A stretch of 64,000 bases of DNA from Felis catus (Eukaryota), in assembly GCF_018350175.1 (NCBI RefSeq), contig NC_058368.1:90770001-90834000 (forward strand), in the 5' to 3' direction. Positions 12,300 to 24,638 of this stretch are shown here, one piece after another (position 1 is the first letter of the stretch; each line of letters starts with the position of its first letter). Made by a program: the position numbers and the translations under genes. Below the pieces are notes generated by a model, which was not told the origin of the DNA, did no database searches, and saw nothing but the letters and a program-made list of their open reading frames with translations.

Positions 12300-13080
12300 T
12301 TTGCCTGTCCAGCAGCTACTCCTCTTTTTCCTAGTGACAGTATTCAGATGCCTTTGGGAATCTGCCTCTCCTTGACTTCCATTCTCAGACCATGTGATGT
12401 CAGTAGGGCTCCACCCCTTCTCCACGGCTGTGGTTTGGGACCAGGCCTGGCCATGGCTGTTGGTTTGTGGCAGGCCCATCCACCAAGTTTGTTCAGTTGG
12501 ATTGAATCTCGGAGCTCGTGTGCAGACTTCTGGGAAGAGATGTTTTCTTTCTTTTTGAACTTGGACCTGGGAAGACGAAAGCCTGGCAGCTGCTTTGTCA
12601 CCATGAGGAGGCTAAAAGAAAAGCTATATAGAGTAGACTGGAGAGAAGGAATAAAGAGAGATTAGGGACTGGAAGTGTTGTTTTGAGCCCCTGACTCCAG
12701 CTGTGTCTGAAGCTAGTTTATTGAGTCATATATTCAAAATCTCCAGGGGGTAGTATGGACTTCAGGAGAGGCTTGATCAGGCATGCAGTGGTATCATGCG
12801 GGCCATGAATCCCTTCTGCTTTTTACCACCCATGGTGATGGCATCATCCTCAGACTGGCTCTCCTTTTGGTGGCACCGTGACTGGCAGCAGCTACTAGGG
12901 TCAGGCTCTTTCTTACTGAGATATAGCTTTTTTTCCCCCCAGAAGTTTCTATAGACTAGGGAAGCATCTTTCCTAGAAGACTCCAGCAAACATTATCCTG
13001 TCCTGTCTTATCCTATCTCCCTGGCTTGGCTTGGATCATGTACTTACCCCTAGACCAATCCCTATGGCAAGTTCTGGGCT
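12300..13080. mobile_element. Ancient ERVL LTR fragments (LTR16/LTR33-like)
   Basis: ctcagaccatgtg..., cctggcagctgc.ttgtcaccatgagg, gcccctgactccagctgtgtctgaagct, ttggatcatgtacttacccctagaccaatc. Confidence 0.55.
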
Positions 13081-13289
13081 CTTCTCTGGCTCTTGCCTCT
13101 GGGTCAGTGTCTCTGGGTCTGACTGCAGTTACAGGGGGGCGGAGGGGGTAATGCTAAGGCTGGCGGGCAGCTGGAGGGGCACCCTGTTCAGAGTGAGGCT
13201 TCCAGAAGTCCGCGGGGTGAGTGAAGTGACAGAGCAAGAGAGTTTCCCATGACTCTACCGCGTTTGCTCTTCCTCCAGGAATTTTGTTC

Positions 13290-13535
13290 AGAGACATGAG
13301 CTGCAGCCACAGTCGGGAGGCAGGTGTTTTGTATCTGGAACCGTGGGTCGCTGCCTTATTTACTCCACAAACTAATCCCCCTCCTGTGTGTCATGCATAC
13401 CACTGAACTTCTCCGTTGAAACATGAATGATTCATATCACTAAGGTTTACATTTTCTGTTGTGATGTGATGAAATTAGCAACCATGGCTTAATTGACGTG
13501 GATCAAACTGTAACTCATCTGTCAAATGTGGCTTG
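13290..13535. promoter_or_regulatory. Enhancer-like non-repetitive AT-richer block
   Basis: CTAATCC, AATTAG, TTAATTG, TGACGT, TGTCAA motifs within ~250 bp. Confidence 0.3.
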
Positions 13536-13724
13536 ACCCTCTCGACTCTGAAGCCATGTGGGTCACTGGCCGTGGTTGGAGAGGTGAGGCTGAGATTTCA
13601 GCTTATGTGGCTGTCTCTTTCCAGAGCCAGATTCCCCTGATGACTGGTGCTGAGCCATTCCCTGGGAAAGATGCTCTTGAATCCTGTACACATTTGAAAC
13701 TGAGTCACGTCTGGTAGGGGTCAC

Positions 13725-14073
13725 TTGCTTGAGGCTGGACAATAGGGAGGGAGGATAGAGATCCTGGGGGTCAGCCCCAGGGTGGAGGCAGGTATGCGTT
13801 CCACCCACCACCCCCTCCTTCTTCCCTTGGGAAGGGCTTTGCAGATGGACATCTCTGCTTCCCACCCAGTCCCCAGTCTGGTTCTCACAGCCAGGGAGCC
13901 CTTGCCTGGATGGGCTTCTGCTTCCATCCAGGTGACTGCCCACATTAGCTTCTTCCCTTCTTCCTCTGGAAGCTCATGTGGCCCCAGAGCCCCAGACCCC
14001 ACGTTTTCGGTGCCAGAAGGGACATGGGGCAGTCCACAGAGTGGACATGGTGACTGCTCTCAGGAGTGCCTCT
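13725..14073 (-). pseudogene. Putative pseudo-exon (349 nt, phase 2-0)
   Basis: CTGTCTGTGTCCTCTCAG|A acceptor, weak CAA|GTGACC donor; one TGA in 116 codons. Confidence 0.5.
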
Positions 14074-14371
14074 CTGAGAGGACACAGACAGCTTGACTGT
14101 CAGGGAGATGCTTTGCAGGGGACTGAAGCAACTTGCCAGCAGGGAGGGGTGGGGCTGCACTGAGGAAGACATGATAAGGGCCAGGCCCACAGCCCCAGGA
14201 GGCATGTTCTGGAAGCACATTGCAGACATGGCATGAGCTGGGGGCTGGGAGAACATTGGAGTGAGAGAGCCAGGGGAGCCCACGGAGGGGGGTGCAGTTC
14301 AGGCCCTAGGGGAGTTGAGATTTTATATGTGATGTGAAGCTATGGAGGGTTTTTTTCAAAAATTGTGTTTA

Positions 14372-14581
14372 GGGGCACTTGGGTGGCTCAGTTAGCTAAG
14401 TGTCTGACTTCGGCTCAGTCATGATGTCACAGTTGGTGAGTTCGAGCCCCGCATTGGGCTCTGTGCTGACAGCTCAGAGCCTGGAGCCTGCTTCCGATTC
14501 TGTGTCTCCCTCTCTCTCTGCCCCTCCCCTACTCACGCTCTGTTTCTCTCAAAAATAAGTAAACATTAAAAAAAATCTTAA
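14372..14581 (+). mobile_element. Can-SINE
   Basis: TSD aaaaattgt(g/c)ttt. Confidence 0.95.
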
Positions 14582-14589
14582 AAAAATTG

Positions 14590-15540
14590 TCTTTGTTGAA
14601 ACATAATTTATGGACAGTAAAGTGCACAGTTTTTAAGTGTACATGTTATGAATTCTAATGAATGTCTATAGGCATGTGACCACCATCCCAATCAAGATAT
14701 AGAACATTCCACCATCCCTGGAAGTCTCCTGTACCTTTCAGTGAATCTCTGCTCCCCAAGCCCAAACACCTGCTCCACACAATTGCTGGTCAGCTCTGTT
14801 ACCATAGACTTCTTTGCCTGTTCTGGAACTCAGCTCTCTGTTGTGTCTGGCTTCTTTCACTAACCAAAATGCTTTTCAAATTCATTGTGTTTTTGTGCAT
14901 TATTAGATTTTTAATTAAAAATTTTTTTTATTTTAGAAAGAGAGAGAGCACGCGCAAGTGGAGGTGAGGGGAGAGGGGGAGGCGGGGGAGAGAGCGAGAG
15001 AGAGCGAGAGCGAGAGAACGAGAGAGAGAGAGAATACCAAGCAGGCTCCATGCTGAGTGCAGGGCTCGATCTCGTGACCCTGGGATCATGATCTGAGCTG
15101 AAATCAAGAGCCGGACGCTCAACTGACTGAGCCACCCAGGCACCCCGTGCATTAGTAGATTTTTTAAATTGCTGAGGAGGATTTCACTTTGTGAATAAAC
15201 CAGCATCATCCCACTAGGGACATTCAGGTTATTTCCAGTTTGGGGCTCTTATGAATAAACCTGCACCAAACATCCTTACACAGGTTGTTTTTCTGCACAT
15301 GTTTTCATTTCTCTTGGGTAAGTACCTAAGAGTAGAATTGTTGGCTCCGAGGGTAGGTATATGTTTAATGCCAGTTTTCCAGAATTGCTTGGACTATTTT
15401 TACCGCCCGCCGCAAGCAATGCACGAGGGTGTCTGTCGCTCCACATCCTCACCGACACTTGGTGTTGTCCGATCTTCAAATTTTGGCCAATTTACCGAGT
15501 GCGAGGTGGTGTTTCCTTGTGGTTTGTATGTGCATTTCCA
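14590..15540 (-). mobile_element. Old L1 (L1MB/MC-like) 3' fragment
   Basis: aaagtgcacagtttttaagtgtaca; caccatcccaatcaagatatagaacatt; tttctcttgggtaagtacctaagagtagaatt. Confidence 0.8.
14912..15146 (-). mobile_element. Can-SINE inside L1
   Basis: TSD gtgcatta(t/g)tagattttt. Confidence 0.95.
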
Positions 15541-15688
15541 CTGGGGTGGCAGGTGCAGATGGGACATTGGACCGAGTCTCTAGGTTCAGATCTTCTGGAG
15601 CCAATTCAATTCACTGTCCCTCGATTTTCTCTTGAGATCCTGGCTTTCTTCCCTCCCAGCTTCTCTTCTCCCCCACCCTTCCCCTCAC

Positions 15689-16121
15689 CGCCCAGCCACA
15701 TTCAGTAGGATGTGCAGCCTTGGGCACCTGCAAGATGGCCTTTGGTGTCCAGTGAAAACTGGATTCCAAGCCCTGTCTGGAAACCTCCCAGGGATGCAGC
15801 AGCACACGGGTCCTAGGGACCCAGGGTCAGCCAAGTCCAGTTCAGCCCCCCGCTGACCCCCATCAGGTGCCGCCGGGACTTGTTTTCAGAGAGAAGTGTC
15901 ACTGACGATTCCTCAGGGTGGCTTCTGTTGGTGGGTCCCCTCCACAGCAGGACCCCTGTGGTCACTCCATGGCCTGGAGACCCTCCTTGGTGTCCAGATC
16001 TCTTGCTCTCTCTTTGCTGTCTGCCTTCCTCTCTTTGAGAGACCCTGGATCGTCAAGGGCTTGCATATAGAGGCCCCTCTTCTTTCTTGGTCCACTGTTC
16101 TTGGTGGTCTCAGCTTGGGCT
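15689..16121 (-). pseudogene. Putative pseudo-exon (frameshifted)
   Basis: CCCTCTGGACCCAG|AG acceptor, GCG|GTGAGG donor; K/R/E-rich open stretch of about 69 codons, then stops and frameshift(s). Confidence 0.4.
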
Positions 16122-16149
16122 CTGGGTCCAGAGGGCCTGGGGGAGTCGG

Positions 16150-16310
16150 CGAGGCCTGGCTCCGTCACTCAGCAACTGGGTTCACTATGGCCTCCATGCC
16201 TCAGTTTCCTCCCCTGGACCTCAGTTTCCTCACCTCACAGCTGGAACAATGACACATCCTCCTCACGGATTGGCGTGAGGATTACGAGACCCTCACCACA
16301 CGAGAGTGCA
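16150..16310 (+). mobile_element. MIR
   Basis: cctcagtttcctcacctc...acaatgacacatcctcctcacggattggcgtgaggatta. Confidence 0.7.
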
Positions 16311-16542
16311 GACCGCTGGGTGGGTCCTCCTGACGCTCACCCTGCCCGGGCTCAAAGGTGCTTCGTTCTTCAAGAAGTGGAGGCCCAAACCCCTCAGCCT
16401 GGCTCTTAAGGTGTCCCCATGCTGTGGACTGTGAGGGGGCACACATGGTGACCTGTCTCTATCCATCCTGTGGTGTCCCCTGCAATCTCAGGTCTGTCTC
16501 CCCCCCCACTGCAGTGTCCCGTTCATTCATTCTCACTTCCTG

Positions 16543-16742
16543 GTTTTGTTTAATGGTTATACATTTTTGAGAAAGAATATGAGCGGGGGAGGGGCAGAGA
16601 GAAGGAGAGGGAGAGAATCCCAGGCAGGCTCTGTGCTGGCAGCAGTGAGCCCGACATAAGGCTTGAACTCGCGAACTGAACCATGAGATCACAACCTGAG
16701 CTGCAGTCGGATGCTCCGCCGACTGAGCCACCCAGGTGCCCC
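16543..16742 (-). mobile_element. Can-SINE
   Basis: Antisense SINE, TSD tcactt(c/g)ctg. Confidence 0.93.
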
Positions 16743-17342
16743 TCACTTGCTGACTTGTGCTTTTCCTTCTGCCTCTTCTCTCCCCCCTTTCCCTCCCGTC
16801 CCACTTGACCCTTCTGTTACACCTGAATGTTGTCTCAGCTGACCCACCTGTCACACCTGAACTTTCTGTCTCATCTGATCCAGCTCAACTGTGAAATTCA
16901 ACCCACTCTGGTCACGGGGGTGCTGACGCTTGTTGTGTGGGTGAGGTCCAGTCTGAGTGTATGCTCCCTGCAGCAGGCCAGGAGTGGCCTCTCAGTCCAC
17001 CTTTGGGCCAGTGACTGTTGGGAAGCATGGAGGGAGGCACCTGTGGGGGCACACATGCTGGGCCCTGGCAAGGGCAGGAGAGCCCTGAAGAGTGGGGGCT
17101 ACAGGGTACCTGCTTTCACAGTTTGTGTTTTCTCTCCTATCCCTTTGCAGACCCTCAGAGGACAGGCCCCAGAATGTGAGGAGGGAACACATCACAGAGC
17201 TCCTCCTCTGACTCCAACCAAGCATGTGGGCCCGGGCAGGCTCCATTCTGCTGGCCTCTAAGTTGGGCCAGGGGTAGGGCCTTCCTCACCCTGCTTTTTT
17301 AGGGTCCCCAGGTCAGAGGCATTGGGGGCCAGTCCCCCCCCC

Positions 17343-17573
17343 ATTTATTTTTTTCTTTTAATTTTTTTAATGTTTATTTTTGAGAGACAGAGAGAGAGCA
17401 TGAACAGGGGAGGGGCAGAGAGAGAGAGAGAGAGGGAGATACAGAATCTGAAGAGGGCTCCAGGCTCTGAGCTGTCAGCACAGAGCCTGACTTGGGGCTT
17501 AAACCCATGAACCACAAGATCATGACCTGAGCCGAAGTTGATCGTTTAACCGATTGAACCACCTAGGAGCTCC
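17343..17573 (-). mobile_element. Can-SINE
   Basis: TSD cccatttattt. Confidence 0.94.
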
Positions 17574-17674
17574 GGGCCCATTTATTTATCTGGACTTATA
17601 TTTTGAAATTGTGTTGCCAGGCCCACTAGGAAGACCAGCAGTGCCAGAACCCACGGTAGAATTTATTTGTTGAC

Positions 17675-18962
17675 CTGTGTCCCACGTCTGCCCCCTGGGT
17701 GGAGAGAGACCAGGAGCCCTAGCAGTGTGCGCCAGGGATGTAGGGTCACCACAGGGGCACACTGCAGACCTTGCTGGGGGTAAGTGCTGCTCAGGAGAAG
17801 GATGTGTAAGAAGGATGTGTAAGAAGGGGGGACAGGCACTGTTGTCCTACTGGGGGTAAGCTGTAGCAGACCAACAAATGAATAGGCTCCACCTTTACAG
17901 TGTTACCACCCAGTGGGGACGGCAGACGTTGTCTGGCCCACCCACTGACCAGTACAGTAAAGCCTTGGATTGGGAGTAACTTGTTCTGTGAGGGTTCTGC
18001 AAGACAAGCAAACATTTCTAATAAATTTTAACTTGATAAACGAGCGATGTCTTATAATATGAGTCATACGTGATGCTGAATGTCACATGATCACAACTGA
18101 GCCAATGGTTTTTCTTTCTTTCTTTCTCTCTCTCTCTCTCTCTGGCTGCGGGATTGTGGGTGATGGTCTCCCATGCTCAGATGCTCAGTCTCAGGCTGCG
18201 GTGTTTGGCAGATATCAGTGATTTTTCAGAAAGTTAGAAGGTGCCCACAACTGGCCCTAGTGTATTTTTTGTCACTTCAAAGCACTATGGACAGTCCTTT
18301 GCTTTTCCACACAAGAGTAAGCTGGGGAATGCTTTGCTTCATTCTAGGTCAGGCTGCCTGCAGACAGAGACCCTTTCCTCTGCTGCCTTATTGCCAGTTA
18401 CACTAGAAACAGTACATGACAAGAGTTTATTAATACTGCACTGTAGTCAGCATCCGTTAGTGATAGTGAAAGTCGTCCTACACAGTAACCCTCCCTTCTC
18501 TTGTGTTCCTCACATCAACCACGAAGGTTTCCAAAGTGCAGGTTAGTTTGTTTATTTCTCTTTATATTTTGTATTTTCTTTATTATTTACAGTATTGTAA
18601 TCATTTTTATCTGAATATCTCTGGGTTGTGGAACGAATCATCTGAGTTTCCATGATTTCTTATGGGGAAATTCACTTTGATAGAAGAGTGCTTTGGACTG
18701 TAAGTATGTTTCCAGAACGAATGATGTTCGCAAACCAAGGTTTTACTGTATTTGAAAGCTGTGGAGTACAGGGCGTAGGGACAGAAATCCTGATGGCTCT
18801 GCCATGGGACCGGGACAGGGATGGGCACAGCCCTCTGGAGAGTGAAGGGGCTCCCGTCAGATGGATCGTGGTGAGTGTCCCTGCAATGCCGCTCCTGGTA
18901 TGGCTTGTCCTGGCTTGCTTGGATGCCTTCTGAGGGGCTGTTGGGGACACCTCCAAGCCCTA
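17675..18962 (-). pseudogene. Putative pseudo-exon split by a DNA transposon
   Basis: CACTTCTCACTCCAG|TAG acceptor, weak ACAG|GTCAAC donor. Removing the Tigger-type element and one 13-bp duplicate gives one frame with a single TGA. Confidence 0.5.
17955..18748. mobile_element. Non-autonomous Tc1/mariner-Tigger type DNA transposon
   Basis: TIRs CAGTAAAGCCTTGGATTG / CAAACCAAGGTTTTACTG flanked by TA TSDs (17953-54, 18749-50). Confidence 0.85.
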
Positions 18963-19280
18963 CTGGAGTGAGAAGTGGCACATCTCAGGGACACACAGCA
19001 GTATGGCTAGACCTTCACTTGGGGCCGAGTGAAAAAGCCAGTAACAGGAGGTTTTTCCATCATGCAGTGTCAGTAAGTCCCACCCAGCAGTGCACTCTCA
19101 TCTTGTAAGGATGCACAAAATGCAAGGACACGCAGCAAAGGCACCAGATGCTGGCTGAGACGTGTGAGGGGCATTTGGGGTTGCAAGGGGACGGAGCAAA
19201 GGATGGAACAAGGTGTGGGGTTTGAGGACCCTCACGGGATAGAGGTTGTGGACTGAGGAATCTAAACTCAATCCCCTCCT

Positions 19281-19486
19281 TTTTTTTTTTAATTTTTTCA
19301 TGTTTATTTATTTTGAGGGAGAGAGACAGAGCATGAGTAGGGGAGGGGCAGAGGGAGAGAGAAAATCCCAATCCTTGCTGTCAGCACAGAGCTGGATGTG
19401 GGACTCAAATCCACAAACCGTGAGATCATGACCTGAGCCACAATCAAGAGTTGGACGTTTAACCGACTGAGCCATCCAGGCGCCCC
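19281..19486 (-). mobile_element. Can-SINE
   Basis: TSD-like tcaat(t)ccc flanks. Confidence 0.94.
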
Positions 19487-20845
19487 TCAATTCCCTTCCT
19501 CTAAAGCCCAAAACACAACAAACAAACAAGTACTTGTAGATTCCAGGGCAGGAGTGCTCGGAGGAAAGCGATGTGGGGGAAGGGTATGGGACGGGGAACG
19601 TGTGAGGCCAGACAGTGGTCAGCCATTTGTGCATTTGGGTCTCAGGGCCGTTTTCTGTCAAGTCAGGGCCAGGGCTCAGCCTGGGTGGTGGCCACGTCCT
19701 GCGGTTCTCCTCCCTGGAACTGAGGACTCCTCCCTTGCTTTGGTCTTGGCCTGCCTGCCCTTCCTCCTATGGCCCGCCCTTCTGGGGGATGGGGGAAGGG
19801 GGTGTCCTTGGGTTTCAAGGTCATTTGGTGGGTCAAGGCCTTAGAACAGAGTCAGAAAATAGCTTTGGGGACTGCTGCAGCTTCTGATAACACCAGCACA
19901 TCAACTTCTGGGGTACTTTCCATGTGTGCCATTGAGACTGGTGCTCAGGCCAGCCCCGTGCATTACTGTCCCTGCTTTACAGATGGGGGAACAGAGGCTT
20001 GAAGGGGGAGGTCTGCTGGGAAGATCATGGAAGCCTAAGGGCGAGGTGCTGCACTCCTGCTGGTTCCCCCATCCATGGCAATGGCTGGTCTGTCCCAGGG
20101 TCCAGGCGGGGGGCCTGCGGGAAGCCTGTCAGGCTGCCAGCATCCCGGCAGTGGTAATGAAGCTTCGATGGATCCGTGTCCTGGGTCCGTGTGCCCGGAG
20201 TCTCTAATTGCTGGGAGCCGGCCAGCCCAAAGGACAGGACGGTTATTGCAGACCTGGCAGAGTGTCCTGTTCCTTTGGGTGTTGTTTTTTTCCATTGCAA
20301 TTGAAACAACTTTGCTGTTCCTCATAGGGTTGGGGCCGGCCTCTCCTGGCCTCCAGCAGCTGAGCCGGTCCTGGGAAACTCTGACTTGCTTGGGTTGCCA
20401 GCGAGCGGACCGCTGTCACTTCTTCAGCCGCTGGCTCCGTCCCTGCTGGTGACCTCAGGGGTGGGCCTCAGCCAAGCACTGGGCCTTGGGCAGGGGTCGG
20501 GGTCTGGCTCCCTGGTCCTGAATCTCCTGCCAGGGCCAGCTGTGGTCCCCACCTTTGCCCTGGGCTGCCCTGGGAGAACGCCTAGCCTCCGGTGTCAGCC
20601 CGACCTGGGCTCCCACCCTGGGACTGGTCCTGGGACCTGGGCCCAGGGAGTTTCAGCCAGCGCCTGGCTGAAGCTGCTGGACCTGTCTTCTCTGTGCCCC
20701 TTTCCCTGCCTGTCCTGGCTCCTATCAGCCTGAGCAGAAGCAACATCTCAACCTGGGAGGGAGGAGAGAGGAGAGAGGAGAGAGGATGAGGTCCTGGCTC
20801 AGGCCAGTCTACCCTGTGTAGAGCCATCTCAGGCTGGGTTCTTAC

Positions 20846-20985
20846 TCCTGGATGTGGGTGGGCGGTGTGCGGGCTTGAGCTCTCGCTTGTGCCTGGCACA
20901 GCTCTGTGGGGCTTTTTTGGCCCCGAGGATCTGGCCTCCCACTTGCTCTCTGGTGTTCCCTTAGAGGTCTTGATCCTTGAACTCC
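20846..20985 (-). pseudogene. Putative pseudo-exon (140 nt, phase 0-2)
   Basis: GGTTTGCTTTCTTCAG|GG acceptor, GGA|GTAAGA donor, no stop in phase 0. Confidence 0.45.
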
Positions 20986-21892
20986 CTGAAGAAAGCAAAC
21001 CAGGGCCCAGCCTCAGCCATGGCAGGGCCTGGGAGTGCAGTGGACCATGAGAAGGAAACGTCCATCCAGGCCTGGCTGGCTAGGACTCTGCTGCCCAGAA
21101 CACCAGGGAGAATTTGCAAGGGACCAAATCACACCTCTGAGCCTGCCTCTTTTAGCTCTGGAATGTCTGAAACCTGCTCTGACCCCTCGGGGAGTTTGGG
21201 TAGTCAAGGTCCCTGCAGGATGCAGGGTCCATTCAGAATGAGCAGACAGAGGGAGGTGGATGAAGGCATCCACAGTGGGGGGGGGGTGCATAACAGCAGG
21301 GGCTGGGACTACCCCAGACAGCAGAGTCAAGGGAGGGAGCAGCATTGACCAGAAAGTTTTAATTAAAAAATGAAATACATTTCTAGCAAATCTGGATAGA
21401 TGGTTTCCAAGGCGTACAGCAGAGAAGCAGTAAATTTGTGCATCTGAGTACATCTCTGAGGTGTGAGTGTGTCCTCCTGGGATATGCTCCCCCTGGCCCA
21501 GGCCACTTCTTCCACTAGCACTTGGCCTTGATGACCTGGGGCCCCCGTCCTCCGTTGTCCCTGCCATTTCCTTTGTGTTGGCTTAAGGGGTGGGCACTGG
21601 ATCTTTTGATTCCTCCGTGCCTTCCCTGGAATCCTGCACAGAGTGCCTCATCTGTAAATATCTGTGGCGTAAATGATTCAATGAATAAATACATTAATGA
21701 TTGCAGTGAAGTGAGAAAGTGCCAGTCTGATATGGAAGAGAGAACATAAAAGGAAAAAAAAAAAACAATAAAAGCAGGTGAGAGAAATACAAAGGCATGA
21801 CAGCGTGGAGCTAGTTGGAGCAGGAGCTCCAAGGATCCCAAGATGGTCTCATTCACCCATCTGACTGATGTCAGTTTGGAGGCTTGTTCCAG

Positions 21893-21967
21893 CTCCTCCC
21901 CTTCCTCCTCCTCCTCCTCCTCCTTCTTCTCCTCCTCCTCCTCCTCTTCCTCCTCTCCCTCCTCTCC
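21893..21967. repeat. (CCT)n trinucleotide repeat
   Basis: Imperfect CCT/TCT run. Confidence 0.95.
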
Positions 21968-22355
21968 ATGCTGGTTCCCAGACACGCTCCCTGCTTTCCT
22001 TTGGCCTCAACATGCCAATAATATCATGTCCTCTGGCTGTTGCTGCTGTCCCTATGTGGAGTATCTGCCTTGTTGACCTTATAAAGTCTCCTTCTTCGAG
22101 ACCAGGTCAAATGCCCTCTCTCTGTGCAACGCCACCCCCTTCTCCATTCACCCTCCATTCACCCTCCCCGCCGTGACTGTGCCTTGAGCTAACTCCCTTG
22201 TCCCAACTGCGGCAACTCACACTCCCATCTAGTCAGGTGTTTACCACGGCTCCCGTAACTTATTTTGAGCCTTCTTCTCCAGTGAGGTCCTCCTGGGCAA
22301 GGGCAGCATCCAATTTTTCCTGTAGAAACTCTACACATTTGTTGAATCAAATTGA
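21968..22355 (+). mobile_element. L2 fragment
   Basis: gtgaggtcctcctgggcaagggc...acatttgttgaatcaaattgaa 3' end. Confidence 0.6.
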
Positions 22356-22949
22356 AGTTTGGGTATTGAAAGTCTCGGGTCTTCTGGAAATTTGGCCAGT
22401 GAGAGAGTGATCCCCCAAGGGTCCAATACAGTTGCAGTTTTCTCTGAAAGATTTAAGACATGAGAACCGTAAAGGCGGGGGAATGGCTCAGCCCGGTACA
22501 GAGGGCTTTGTCCAACATTAGACCAAGATGCTTTATAGGAAAGAATGATTTTTCAATAGCAGAAACTTCCTGAACCGTTAAATTGGACACACTGGAAGCC
22601 CCACGCATGTCACATTTGCTTTCTTTCTCTCTCATTCCCAGCTTTTAAGAGAGCCATCCGTTGTCATTTAGTTTAAAAGAGTTTCCCACCTTCATGCAGT
22701 TGAGTTCAGCCAGTATTGACTGAGTTGGGCCAGTGCTGGGTGCTGAGCTTGGAGGTGTGTGAGGTCCCCTTCTGCTATGGGACAGCAAATCCCCATGGTA
22801 GGCTAAGGGGATGGGTGAACACAGAAGTGGGTTGTGGGCAGCCCCCCCACCAAGTTTCAGCATGCCTGGGCCACATCTAAGAGGCCAGGGATGGTTGCTG
22901 GCTGGTGGAGGCAGCATGGGTGTGTGCAGGGCACAGAGTTCTCTGGACT

Positions 22950-23100
22950 CAGGGAGACGGTGTTCAAATCCTGGCCTGCAGGCTGAGTAACATAGCTGTT
23001 GTCCTCTCTGTGCCTTGATGTCATCACCTGTAAAGAGGGTGAGGTGGTGGAGTGGTGGCATAGGACGATACTCAGGACACAAGGCTCTGCTTATTATGAA
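22950..23100 (+). mobile_element. MIR
   Basis: ttcaaatcctggcct...ctctctgtgccttg..tcatcacctgtaaag. Confidence 0.6.
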
Positions 23101-23729
23101 GCAATCTGGGATTACGTCACCGTGGAGAGGGTAATCTCTCACACATAGCTTAAAGACAGAGAACTCATGCACAGCCTGACTCCACTACCTTGCTCAGTAT
23201 CTCTCCTTCTTGCCATTGTGTCCCCTCCCAGGTATGAGCCCAGCCCTGTGCCCCTGGCTCTGGGGCAGGGGCCAGCCCGGTGGGGTGCAGAATGGCCCCA
23301 AGGTAAAGGGTAGTCCCTGCAGTATGTCCACTTTTCGGCCTCTCCGGTGCTCATGCTTCAGGGAAGCCTGAGAGGGAATCCAAACAGGCCTTCAGGGAGG
23401 CTGAGGCAGAGGCCAGAGCTGGAGGAGTTTCTGGAGGCAGGCTCAGTGCCTGCCAGTACTTCCCCCATCGAGAAGCCGTCCGGGGCCCAGGGCTCTTGCT
23501 CATCCCCGACCACATCCGTTCACAGGCCCGGTGGGTCTTCTCCCCTCCCCAGAGTCCACACAGAGCTCTGGCTCAGCTGGGGACCCCTGCCAGCCCCTTG
23601 CTGCCCCGGGGTCCCACGATTCCCGTGGGCTGGGAACCAGGGCTGGGCTTCTCAGATGCCGATGCCGTCCACACTGGGCCTTCGGGGACCATGCTCTTCC
23701 CAAGATAGGCCTCTGAGGGCGGCTGTTAG

Positions 23730-24230
23730 TGATGGAGAAACTTTTTTACAGATGGAAGCACTAATTAAGACATTTGAATGTCTTCCATATTCCTGATTCT
23801 TTGTTCTTTTCCTTTATGTAATAGAGAAGATCCTGCCTAGCTCATTACCAGCTGGTCTAGTAAACATCTAGAGACTATAAGGATATTTTATTTTAATTGC
23901 CTGAGCCTCAGGATTATGGAAACAAGATGGTAGGGGGAAGGGCTCTGAAAACAAGACTGGGAAGGAATGCTCTTCCAGAAGCGGTCACTTGGAAGCGAGC
24001 GTGCTGGTTACTTTTATTGTCTGAGTGGGTTTAGAGTTTTTGACCCGGACCCAGGAAAGATTGAGATCAATTTGGAGGAACAGATCGGCAGAGCCTGAGC
24101 CGCTGCCCGGTTGACGGGAAGGCAGGTTGGAGCCGGTCAATTAAACACATTTCTCCTTAATAAATGTGGCAAAACTGCATGAAAATATGTCTTCTTTTCT
24201 GAGTTGTGTGAATCAAAGGCTGGCAAGAGG
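23730..24230. promoter_or_regulatory. Enhancer-like block
   Basis: Repeat-free; CTAATTAAG, CTCATTAC, GTAAACA (Fox), TTAATTG, GGATTA, CAATTAA, ATCAAAG (TCF/LEF). Confidence 0.4.
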
Positions 24231-24564
24231 CCCAAGAGGCAAGAGCTGTTTGCTCCGTGACAGACATGTACACAGAATCCTGCTGCTGGCTCTGGGTTTA
24301 ACTTGCACAGGGAACATGGCCTGCTTTCTGGAACACGGTTCTCAAGCCAGACTGGAGGGATCAGGGCTGGTGGTGGGTACTGACCGCCAGCAGGAAAGCA
24401 GGGTGCTACTGGTTCAGCAGTGTGGCCCCTGTCAGTCTGAGGCCTTGTGAGTGTCTGCCCTGGGCCCAGGGCTTACCCCACAAATGAGCCTGCGCGCCTC
24501 AGCTTTCCCAGAGCAGGCCGAAGTGGGTGCACAGGGTCCTAAATGAGAAGGTCTGGCACCTTAC

Positions 24565-24638
24565 CTTGTGGCTTCCTAGCAGGCTGCTCCCAGGCCTGAC
24601 CCCTGAGCTTGAGGAACAGCACCCGCTGGCAGCCTGTT
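24565..24638 (-). pseudogene. Putative pseudo-exon (74 nt, phase 1-0)
   Basis: Strong AAG|GTAAGG donor, weak acceptor TTAACAG; open frame. Confidence 0.33.

Noticed and set aside
11784..12665. Longest ORF (293 aa), and similarly 1319..2161, 11374..12078 and 62868..63521
   Set aside because: They run through Can-SINE/LTR sequence; typical repeat-derived ORFs.
21515..21985. Poly-Glu ORF
   Set aside because: Translation of a (CCT)n microsatellite next to L2.
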